Virus record (IMG/VR): IMGVR_UViG_3300021964_000019
Length of the DNA stretch: 64,000 bases
Reading direction: 5' to 3' (one strand)
DNA from: an uncultured virus (IMG/VR IMGVR_UViG_3300021964_000019)
Lineage: Duplodnaviria > Heunggongvirae > Uroviricota > Caudoviricetes
Shown here piece by piece: positions 18,304 through 25,831 of this stretch (its first letter is position 1; each line of letters opens with the position of its first letter). Under the pieces are notes generated by a model. The model searched no databases. It had not been told where the DNA came from and saw only the letters and a list, made by a program, of their open reading frames with translations. The position numbers and the translations under genes are program-made.

Positions 18304-18523
18304 CGTCGTAGACCTCCCCAAAATCTTCCCATTCTTGCGCCCAATCTGGCTGACCATCGTCTTGCCATTGTTCGCGCTCGTCAATTTCATCAAGCGCACG
18401 ATTTAGCAGTTGCGCTTGACGCTCTGAAGGTTGAGCGTTTTCCAACAACACAACCGCCTCATGCAGTTCGTCATTGGTGAGATTTTCGATTTCGTCATGT
18501 CTCAGATTTTCAAGTTTAATCAT
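18284..18523 (-). CDS. Small acidic protein (QPDWAQEWEDFGE motif)
   Basis: GGAG SD; very acidic. Confidence 0.65.
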   Translation of the reverse strand: MIKLENLRHDEIENLTNDELHEAVVLLENAQPSERQAQLLNRALDEIDEREQWQDDGQPDWAQEWEDFGEVYDDAPEYI

Positions 18524-18576
18524 TTTTCAATTTCTCCGCTAGTTTCATCAGTCTTTTCTTATTCACAAAATGAAGG

Positions 18577-19104
18577 TCATTTCTTAGTCTGGCGATTGAC
18601 CTTTTTGACCTTACGATTAAAGGGCGTTGTTCTCCAGACTTTTTCGCCATATTTATATTCTGCATAGTTGTCACTCCCAAAATGTTGTTGACAGAAAGTT
18701 TTGATGTAGTTCAGAATTTTGCGAAAATTCCAGTTGAATTTTTTGCATATCTGAACAGCCTTCCCTTGATAGCCTCTGATTTGGTTGAGCGATACAGCAA
18801 AAATTTCAGTCCATCCAGATTTGATGCCGACAGCAATCGCATCTGTTTGAGCCTTGAAATGGTCAAGCCCTTTGCGTGCCATCATAATCTGTGACAGTTG
18901 TTCGACCAAATAAGTTTTGCGATCATCATCCATCACCAAACAGTTGTGAAAGCCAACAGTCCAACCATTGCGACCATAAGAGCGCAAAAATTCCTTGAAC
19001 CGACCTTCTGGAAAGTTGTCGCCATCCAAGCGGTGATTTCCAGTCCAGCCAGTCTTGAACAGTGTTGAATTGCCATCGTTGATTGATATAATGTAGTTAG
19101 CCAA
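18577..19104 (-). CDS. GIY-YIG/T5orf172-like endonuclease
   Basis: YII...FKTGWT...RFKE...E...GWTEIF pattern; TTG start after GAGGA; own promoter TTGAAT-N17-TATATA. Confidence 0.5.
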   Translation of the reverse strand: MANYIISINDGNSTLFKTGWTGNHRLDGDNFPEGRFKEFLRSYGRNGWTVGFHNCLVMDDDRKTYLVEQLSQIMMARKGLDHFKAQTDAIAVGIKSGWTEIFAVSLNQIRGYQGKAVQICKKFNWNFRKILNYIKTFCQQHFGSDNYAEYKYGEKVWRTTPFNRKVKKVNRQTKK

Positions 19105-19173
19105 TTTTTCATCCTCGTTTTGTTGACTCTTTATATATAGGTATTTATAGACTAATATTCAAGGTTTTGCAAG

Positions 19174-19299
19174 AAAAAAATGCGCCTCAAACGCATTTTT
19201 TTTCAAATTATCCAAAAGTGTGACATTTATGCAACAGATTTTCCCAATAAAAACAATGGGTTATGGGTCGCGCCCCCGGGGTCTTGCAAGTCATTGAAT
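19174..19299. repeat. Cassette junction element 5
   Basis: AAAAAAATGCG-N7-CGCATTTTTTT; TGTGACATTTATGCAACA; AAACAATGGGTTA, 23-bp core with CCCCCGGGG, CAAGTCATTGAAT. Confidence 0.75.
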
Positions 19300-19407
19300 T
19301 AAATAGTCTTTTCAGACTATTTATTCTTTCTGTTCTTGCGGCGATTTTTACGCTTCTGCGATCCAATCTTGCGGCGACCTTTGCCGACAGGATTTCTTCC
19401 AGTTTTG

Positions 19408-19650
19408 CTAGGCATCCCACACCTTCCTTTCTAATGTTAGTTCAAAAGTATCCATCCCCTCATCTTCAGGTTCAAAGATAATTACCTGTCCAACATCATC
19501 ACGAGTTGTCAGTTGATGTTCTATTATAGTGATGCTGAAATCACAATATTTAATTTCTGCATCTTTCTTAACAGCGTGAGCAGTAAGTTCATCTGCACAC
19601 AAGTCTAAAATTTCGCCATGCTGGTCTTTAACAATCCAAATCGTGTTCAT
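19408..19650 (-). CDS. Hypothetical acidic protein
   Basis: AGGAG SD; 80 aa. Confidence 0.65.
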   Translation of the reverse strand: MNTIWIVKDQHGEILDLCADELTAHAVKKDAEIKYCDFSITIIEHQLTTRDDVGQVIIFEPEDEGMDTFELTLERKVWDA

Positions 19651-19653
19651 GTT

Positions 19654-19815
19654 CTATATCTCCTTTTCATCAACATCAATTTCTATTTCAACAATTTCTG
19701 CTTCACCATATTCAATGCATTCGTTACAAGCCGTTGCATCATCAAAGGTTTCAGTTAGCAGTTCACATTGTTCACAACCTTCAACAGGTTTCGCAACATA
19801 AATCTTTTTCTTCAT
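19654..19815 (-). CDS. 53-aa CxxC...CxxC acidic protein (not in ORF track)
   Basis: MKKKIYVAKPVEGCEQCELLTETFDDATACNECIEYGEAEIVEIEIDVDEKEI*; AGGAG SD; promoter TTGACT-N18-TATAAC upstream. Confidence 0.7.
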   Translation of the reverse strand: MKKKIYVAKPVEGCEQCELLTETFDDATACNECIEYGEAEIVEIEIDVDEKEI

Positions 19816-19877
19816 GGTTATATTCTCCTAATTAGATAATATAGTTATAACATAAACCAAAGGCAAAAGTCAACAAC

Positions 19878-19997
19878 AAAATTCATTTAATCGCATTTTT
19901 ATGTCTAACTGTTGCAAATATATCACACCTGTCTTAGTTTCTCTAATGATTTCAAGGACTTACCGACTTGCCCCGGGCAGCCTGTAAGTGGTTGATT
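19878..19997. repeat. Cassette junction element 6
   Basis: CGCATTTTT; TGTTGCAAATATATCACA (19910-19927); TTTCAAGGACTTA, 22-bp core with CCCCGGG, TAAGTGGTTGATT. Confidence 0.8.
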
Positions 19998-20053
19998 ACA
20001 TACGCTTTTTACCTAAAAATAGTAGAGATACCACCGGCGCCGATTGCGGCTGG

Positions 20054-20257
20054 CTATGCGCCTATGGTCAAGCCATAGATCGCAATGCCAAGCAAGATTA
20101 TATTTGTAAGCAAAATCCATTTATCTTGTCGCTGGTATCCATGCACCATCCATGCAATAGCGGCACCGCAACCCATAGCCAAAGCCCATTGGGGCGCGCC
20201 ATTTGCCAGCGCGCTCATTTGCCAGATAACCAAAACAGTTCCAATCATTCCAAACAT
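20054..20257 (-). CDS. Small membrane protein (3 TM)
   Basis: Hydrophobic; TAATG coupling. Confidence 0.65.
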   Translation of the reverse strand: MFGMIGTVLVIWQMSALANGAPQWALAMGCGAAIAWMVHGYQRQDKWILLTNIILLGIAIYGLTIGA

Positions 20258-20439
20258 TAGCGAAACCCTCTAATAGTTAAATGCGAAAACATTAAAGCCG
20301 AGATAATGCCCATCAGCATCATAGCCACACCGATAATCAGATTATGCGTTTCTGGCAATTCAGCAATAGCCGCACCGAACACAATCAAAGACCATCCAGA
20401 CATAGCGCAAAGCGCAAAGAAAACTCGAATTAAAAACAT
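20257..20439 (-). CDS. Small membrane protein (2 TM)
   Basis: Hydrophobic; TAATG coupling. Confidence 0.65.
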   Translation of the reverse strand: MFLIRVFFALCAMSGWSLIVFGAAIAELPETHNLIIGVAMMLMGIISALMFSHLTIRGFR

Positions 20440-20906
20440 TATGCAAACCTTTCTGCAATTTTTTCTGGATTGATAACCGCAATTCCAATCTTGCGAAGTG
20501 ATGAACGAACCGAAGCGGCATCATCAAACATAACCTTTGAGGCTTTTTTGAATTGCTTTAGATTGAACAGTGAAGCAAGTTGTTTTGCTTTCAGTTGTCC
20601 ATCAGGCTCATTGTTACCATCTGGACGACTGATAATCTTATCAGGACAAATGCCCTCATTCATCAGAAATTCAAAATCAGCAAAGGTCATATTGCGAGCA
20701 GTGCAGATTAAAACATAATCGCCACGCTTTTGACGCTTGCGGATTTGTTGAGCCAATGGCAGAACCTTATCCTGAAAAATCTTTTCAGGCGTTGCGTTTT
20801 CTTTCCAAGCGGCAAGATTGAGCGTGCCATCTGGAAGTGTAGCCTGACGATGGCTAGAGTCGATGATCGTGCCATCCATGTCGAAGATTGAGATATTTTT
20901 AATCAT
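20439..20906 (-). CDS. HAD-superfamily phosphatase, paralog 2
   Basis: FDMDGT, CTAR, IISRP...PDGQLK, FDD; clearly homologous to 15324-15803. Confidence 0.85.
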   Translation of the reverse strand: MIKNISIFDMDGTIIDSSHRQATLPDGTLNLAAWKENATPEKIFQDKVLPLAQQIRKRQKRGDYVLICTARNMTFADFEFLMNEGICPDKIISRPDGNNEPDGQLKAKQLASLFNLKQFKKASKVMFDDAASVRSSLRKIGIAVINPEKIAERFA

Positions 20907-20929
20907 GTTTAATTCCTTTCTATATATTA

Positions 20930-21054
20930 TATATAATCATTCTTAGGGTAAAAATCAAGGGGTAAATGAAAAAAAGTTTCGTTTGTTTTCAATGGGTTAT
21001 CATTTTTATTTCTCAATGAATTCAATGGGTTAGCCTGCCCCCGAGGGCAAGGGC
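20930..21054. repeat. Minus-strand promoter plus cassette junction element 7
   Basis: TTGATT-N17-TATATA (-); tandem TTCAATGGGTTA boxes; core GCCTGCCCCCGAGGGCAAGGGC. Confidence 0.7.
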
Positions 21055-21402
21055 TTATGCCCTCGCCTTGCGGTTTTCTTTCATCCGCTTGCGTTTGATT
21101 GAGATGCGGAAAACCTCGCGGTTTTCATTCACCATGTTAAGATATTCGCCAAGCGTTTGCGTCATGCTTGGGGCTTGGCGGATTGGCAGTGTAACCTCAA
21201 CGGCTTGTTTCACATTGTTGCAAACCGAGCAAAGTGTTTGCAGATTAGCAAGTTCATTCTTGCCGCCTTTAGTCACGGGCTTTTTATGATCGCCTTGCAG
21301 TGAAGCGCCAGTAGTGTCGTGATGACCACAAGCGCGGCAAGTCCAGTTGTCGCGTGTAAAACAAGCCTCGCGAAGCGCCCAAGTAAGTTTAATCCGTTTC
21401 AT
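21055..21402 (-). CDS. HNH endonuclease
   Basis: RDNWTCRACG...DHKKP...GG-N...NLQTLCSVCN; GGAGG SD; promoter TTGATT-N17-TATATT. Confidence 0.9.
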   Translation of the reverse strand: MKRIKLTWALREACFTRDNWTCRACGHHDTTGASLQGDHKKPVTKGGKNELANLQTLCSVCNNVKQAVEVTLPIRQAPSMTQTLGEYLNMVNENREVFRISIKRKRMKENRKARA

Positions 21403-21817
21403 GTCATGTCCTCCGTTGTTCATAGGTATAATATAGGTTCAATCAATCATTAAATCAACCCCAAAAATAAAAAAAATGTGTCAACAATTTGACAGGGGGT
21501 AGGGCGGTTATGAGGACTATGTCAATCTTTTGACGGCGGGCCCCTTCTCCAGAGCCTTTCACAGGGTAATTTTTGGAAAAACCTAAGAAAGTCGCCTGTG
21601 TTATTAACACCAATGTGTCATTTCCTATGAAATTTTTACATATATATTATAAGGTGTAAAAAAATTTAACATCAAAGGTCTGGCTGCATTGTATTTTTTT
21701 ATAGACTTGTTTCTGCATTTGATGTCGTCTAAAACCTGCATTTTATTTTGATGGAAAAATTTTGCTTGACGAGGGTGCAGATTTCTGCGACAATTACTTT
21801 ATATAAAGGAGTATTGG

Positions 21818-22039
21818 ATGGTACACGCTTTTTTATTGGTATTGCTGCTGGGAGACAAACCAGTTAGATTTGAACCAATGTATTTTAGAAGTATAGACAG
21901 TTGTAATTATTTTGCTGCTAGTGTAGTGAAGCGCTATGGTAATTATAACTATTCTTACATAGTACCAGAAGAGCACAGAGCAACTGCGTACTGTAAACCA
22001 GTTTATATTAGTGAAGAGACCGAAACTCTGTATGATTGA
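21818..22039 (+). CDS. Hypothetical protein
   Basis: AAGGAG SD; promoter TTGACG-N17-GACAAT upstream. Confidence 0.7.
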   Translation: MVHAFLLVLLLGDKPVRFEPMYFRSIDSCNYFAASVVKRYGNYNYSYIVPEEHRATAYCKPVYISEETETLYD

Positions 22040-22550
22040 AGAACATTTTGAAAATTTAGATGATCCACACACAGGACATTTAAAAGCTCATCATTTTGAA
22101 GTTTTTAGAGATATAATCAAAATAACTAAAGCTAAAACAATTTTAGAGCTTGGATTCTGTGTAGGACATTCTTCGATTATGTGGTTAGAAACTAATCCAG
22201 AAGTTTCAGTAGTTTCAACTGATATTGAAGTAAGACAAGGTTCGATTGATTATATTAATCAGCATTGGGGTTCTAGGTTTAAGTTTTTAAATTTAAATCA
22301 CTCTCTTATAAACCGTCAGTTTGATGTTGGTCAATTTGATTTAATATTTATTGATGGTAATCATGAGAGAGGACCTGCTTCTTCAGATATGGAAGCTTCT
22401 ATGAAGCTAAAGCCTACTTATATTGTATTAGATGACACTTCTCACTCAGCACACTTATATTTAAGAGAGTTTGCTAGAAACTATGGCTGGAGAGAAGTAA
22501 AGCACTATGAAAATCATTGGGGACAAACGTTATACGAGGTGGGAAAATGA
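22032..22550 (+). CDS. Class I SAM-dependent methyltransferase (Methyltransf_24-like)
   Basis: ILELGFCVGHS motif I; FDLIFIDGNH; IVLDD. Confidence 0.85.
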   Translation: MIEEHFENLDDPHTGHLKAHHFEVFRDIIKITKAKTILELGFCVGHSSIMWLETNPEVSVVSTDIEVRQGSIDYINQHWGSRFKFLNLNHSLINRQFDVGQFDLIFIDGNHERGPASSDMEASMKLKPTYIVLDDTSHSAHLYLREFARNYGWREVKHYENHWGQTLYEVGK

Positions 22551-23299
22551 ATAACGTAATTAACTACTATAGTAGTGTTGGTGAGTCACATTCTATTGAG
22601 TTTCATGATCTTTTAGATCAAGGACATAATATGGATATGATGATCCGTAATGGCACTCTTTTTAGTCGTCCTGATCATAACTACTCGGCACTTTTAAAAT
22701 ATTTGAAACCTGGAGATGTAGTGTATGACTGTGGCGCCTACATTGGAACTTTTGCAATACCTTTTGCACTTGAAGGAATGACAGTTCATGCTTTTGAAGC
22801 ATGGCCTGGTAACTCAGAAAGATGTGCAAAAAACTTTGCACCATATGATATTACCTTACATGAGATTGCACTATCTGATAAAAACGAAACTAAAGAAGCA
22901 CAGATAGTTCATTGTATGGGTTGGGAAAATCATGATACACAAGAGTTCAAGCATATTACATATGCACGTTTAGACGATTATATAGAACAGAACGATTTGC
23001 CTGATCCTCAACTAGTAAAAATGGATATTGAAGGCATGGAATCTCTAGCGATGTTAGGCTGTGGGCGACTCCTCGAAGAGGTTCGTCCTATTTGGCAAAT
23101 GGGACTACACTATCAGGTTGATCATGCGGTTGATATGCCAACCTTTCCTGGTTGGGTAGATGTATTAGATGGTGGGTTCGACTGGACAAATATTACTCGT
23201 CTAGATTATATAGTTTTAGACTACTTGGGACAAGAAGTAGGTTCATCAGCTCTTACACGCGGCGGAGAGTTGATCTTTGTCCCAAAGGAGTTGAGATGA
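22547..23299 (+). CDS. FkbM-family methyltransferase
   Basis: YDCGAYIG, AFEA, ALSD, LVKMDIEGME. Confidence 0.85.
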   Translation: MNNVINYYSSVGESHSIEFHDLLDQGHNMDMMIRNGTLFSRPDHNYSALLKYLKPGDVVYDCGAYIGTFAIPFALEGMTVHAFEAWPGNSERCAKNFAPYDITLHEIALSDKNETKEAQIVHCMGWENHDTQEFKHITYARLDDYIEQNDLPDPQLVKMDIEGMESLAMLGCGRLLEEVRPIWQMGLHYQVDHAVDMPTFPGWVDVLDGGFDWTNITRLDYIVLDYLGQEVGSSALTRGGELIFVPKELR

Positions 23300-23742
23300 A
23301 AGTAGGATTCACTTGTTCCACTTTTGATCTGTTACACGCAGGTCATGTTCAAATGCTACGTGACGCTAAGTCACAATGTGACTATCTTATATGCGGATTG
23401 CAAGTTGATCCTAGTGTAGATAGGCCATCGAAGAATCGTCCTGTACAAACTGTTGTAGAACGTTATGCACAGCTTAAAGCAGTAACATATGTAGATGAGG
23501 TCATTCCATATGGTACAGAGCGAGACTTGGAAGATATACTTCAAATGTATTCAATTGATGTGCGTATACTAGGTGAAGAGTATCGCAATCGTGATTATAC
23601 TGGCCGTCAGATATGTCTAGATCGAGGCATTGAAATATATTTCAATCAACGTGATCACCGTTTCTCTACCACGGCCCTTCGCATCGCTGTTGCACAAGAA
23701 GAGATACGTCGTCACGAAGAGTTTCAAAGGAGCAAACTATGA
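23296..23742 (+). CDS. tagD: Glycerol-3-phosphate cytidylyltransferase-like nucleotidyltransferase
   Basis: FDLLHAGH (HxGH), YVDEVIPY, RDHRFSTT. Confidence 0.85.
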   Translation: MKVGFTCSTFDLLHAGHVQMLRDAKSQCDYLICGLQVDPSVDRPSKNRPVQTVVERYAQLKAVTYVDEVIPYGTERDLEDILQMYSIDVRILGEEYRNRDYTGRQICLDRGIEIYFNQRDHRFSTTALRIAVAQEEIRRHEEFQRSKL

Positions 23743-24518
23743 TTTATGCGTTTGATGTAGACGGAACACTCACCCCTTCGCGTGGACAGATGGATGCACG
23801 TTTTCAAATGTGGTTCACGCGATTCACTCGATCACACACAGTGTGTTTAGTTACCGGAAGTGATCATGCAAAAACTGTAGAGCAGGTTGGTGAAATGATA
23901 GTTCGTCTCTCAACCTATACCTTCAACTGTTCAGGATCTGATGTCTACTACTATGGATCACATCAATCAACTAACAGTTGGGCCTGTCCTGACCATCTTT
24001 GGACATGGTTAGAAACACAACTCTATCAGTCACCCTATATGCACCGTTACGGACGTCATTTTGAAGCTCGTCCTGGAATGTTAAACTTTTCAATTGTCGG
24101 TCGTGATGCTCGTGGGGATGAACGTACACACTATTTTGACTGGGACAAACAAAAGGGTGAACGAGCACGTCTTGCTTCACTGATCAATGAACGTTTTCCA
24201 GAGGTTCATGCCACAGTTGGTGGTGAAACTGGAATTGATATTGGACCTGTGGGAGCTGACAAATCACAGATACTCACTCACTTTGGCGAATCGCCAGTTA
24301 CATTCTTTGGAGATCGCTGTGATCCAGACGGAAACGACTACCCACTAGCACGGGCACTCTGGAAACGCGAAGGATCTGCAGTTCATTCAGTGAGTGGCTG
24401 GAAAGACACTTGGGACATTCTAAAAAAGATTGAAGAGACAAATCATGAGTACGCGGAAAAAATTTCGCGTCAACGCGTGAAAGGGGATAGTACATATGCC
24501 GTCATCGCTAACCGCTAA
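23739..24518 (+). CDS. HAD-IIB phosphomannomutase (eukaryotic-type PMM-like)
   Basis: FDVDGTLTPSR, LVTGSD, RPGMLNFSIVGR, GGETGIDI, FFGD...GNDY. Confidence 0.85.
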   Translation: MIYAFDVDGTLTPSRGQMDARFQMWFTRFTRSHTVCLVTGSDHAKTVEQVGEMIVRLSTYTFNCSGSDVYYYGSHQSTNSWACPDHLWTWLETQLYQSPYMHRYGRHFEARPGMLNFSIVGRDARGDERTHYFDWDKQKGERARLASLINERFPEVHATVGGETGIDIGPVGADKSQILTHFGESPVTFFGDRCDPDGNDYPLARALWKREGSAVHSVSGWKDTWDILKKIEETNHEYAEKISRQRVKGDSTYAVIANR

Positions 24519-25266
24519 GACTAAGATACTTGACGCACTTCGTGGGCAACTTCTGTTAATTGGTGGAAGTGTATCTGGAACACCGGCTACTGGAACTGTA
24601 ACACTTGCTAGTGGAGCAATTGATACAATCACTCTTACTGGTGGAGGACGTGGTTATGAGTATGCTCCTGAGATAACTGTAGTTGGAGACGGTACAGGTG
24701 CGTCAATTCGTGCCATCAAGCCTGGAGATCAAGACTCTGTATCCTCTCTTGAAATTGTAGACGGTGGTTCAGGATATACCACTGCAACTCTATCAATCGC
24801 AGCACCTCCTCTCTCATTCAACTCTTCTATATATTCAAATGTGCATCGTGATTGGAAGTATCTGCAAGAGATAAACGACTTTCCAACAATCTGTTTTATG
24901 ACTGGACGAGTCAATCGTGAGCATCAAGGCGGTGGGCTACGCTATGACACTCTTGGCGTATCAATACGTGGATATGTGATGCAAGATGACTCAGTGTCAG
25001 CCTGTGAAGATTTAGCCGAAGATGTAGAGCAGGTGGTAAACAAACTGCGCGATGTAAAAACAGCTGAGAATGCGCAAGCTATAGTAGATTCGCGTGTATT
25101 ATCAATTCGTACAGATGAGGGACTATTTGAACCTTATGGAGTTGTTGATGTGCTAGCTGAGATAACCTATGACTACGATGTTGTAGTTAACACAGGTTAT
25201 TTATTGTTAGAGAGCGGAGACGGATTTATCATCTCTGAAAACGGCGATCTGCTACAGTATATATAG
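24496..25266 (+). CDS. Second tail-terminator-like (T5 p142-like) protein with an inserted GxGY domain and a C-terminal LLLESGD motif
   Basis: YLQEINDFPTICF and RTDEGLFEPYGV align with FLDEVNDFPSIYF and DTDEGLVKPYGI of 57713-58159. Confidence 0.7.
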   Translation: MPSSLTAKTKILDALRGQLLLIGGSVSGTPATGTVTLASGAIDTITLTGGGRGYEYAPEITVVGDGTGASIRAIKPGDQDSVSSLEIVDGGSGYTTATLSIAAPPLSFNSSIYSNVHRDWKYLQEINDFPTICFMTGRVNREHQGGGLRYDTLGVSIRGYVMQDDSVSACEDLAEDVEQVVNKLRDVKTAENAQAIVDSRVLSIRTDEGLFEPYGVVDVLAEITYDYDVVVNTGYLLLESGDGFIISENGDLLQYI

Positions 25267-25318
25267 AAAAAAAGATATATATAGTTGCCCCTGTATCAGG
25301 GTTGTTAAAATTTAAATA

Positions 25319-25347
25319 TTGCATTAACCGAATTTTAGGTGTAAGAT
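25319..25347 (+). promoter_or_regulatory. Late-region promoter
   Basis: TTGCAT-N17-TAAGAT, then GAGG SD of terS. Confidence 0.6.
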
Positions 25348-25360
25348 AGAGGAAGATAAG

Positions 25361-25819
25361 ATGAAAAAATCAGATGTTGAAGTAATTTCACCCACAACAA
25401 CTGTAGAAGCGATTGAGAGAGCTTTAGATTCTCCAGCAATTGATCCTATCGTATTATCAGTTGCTAATGAATACTTATCAGGAAAAACAATTTCTGCTAT
25501 AGCAGAGTCGTTTGACTTAAGCGAAGACCGTGTAGCTGCCATAATAGAGAAGAAAGAAGTCAAGTCATATATAGACAATGTATTTGTCACCCAGGGTTAT
25601 TTAAACCGAGTAAAGCGATTGCAACTGATTAACGCTGTCATAGATCAAAAAATGCAAGACGCTCTAGAAACCGGAGTATTTTCCAAAAAAGACCTCTTAG
25701 ATTGGCTAAAACACCTACATGACGTTGAAGGCGCAGTTCAGAAAAAAGAAAAACCAACCGTTGCAGTTCAGGTCAATAATAATTATGACTCTCTCATGAA
25801 AGGTTTATTAGACAACTAA
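25361..25819 (+). CDS. terS: Terminase small subunit (T5-like)
   Basis: HTH plus EVKSYIDNVF...GYLNR...VIDQK...LETG resembles T5-type TerS; C-terminal VQVNNNYDSLM. Confidence 0.75.
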   Translation: MKKSDVEVISPTTTVEAIERALDSPAIDPIVLSVANEYLSGKTISAIAESFDLSEDRVAAIIEKKEVKSYIDNVFVTQGYLNRVKRLQLINAVIDQKMQDALETGVFSKKDLLDWLKHLHDVEGAVQKKEKPTVAVQVNNNYDSLMKGLLDN

Positions 25820-25831
25820 GGAAGGGTTAGG

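Noticed and set aside
15084..21054. CRISPR array or integron attC array
   Set aside because: Repeats are degenerate and ~1 kb apart; no attC RYYYAAC/GTTRRRY structure, integrase or cas gene is visible, and the cassettes carry their own promoters.
21497..21504. KOPS motif GGGTAGGG
   Set aside because: Only one occurrence noticed; no skewed series.
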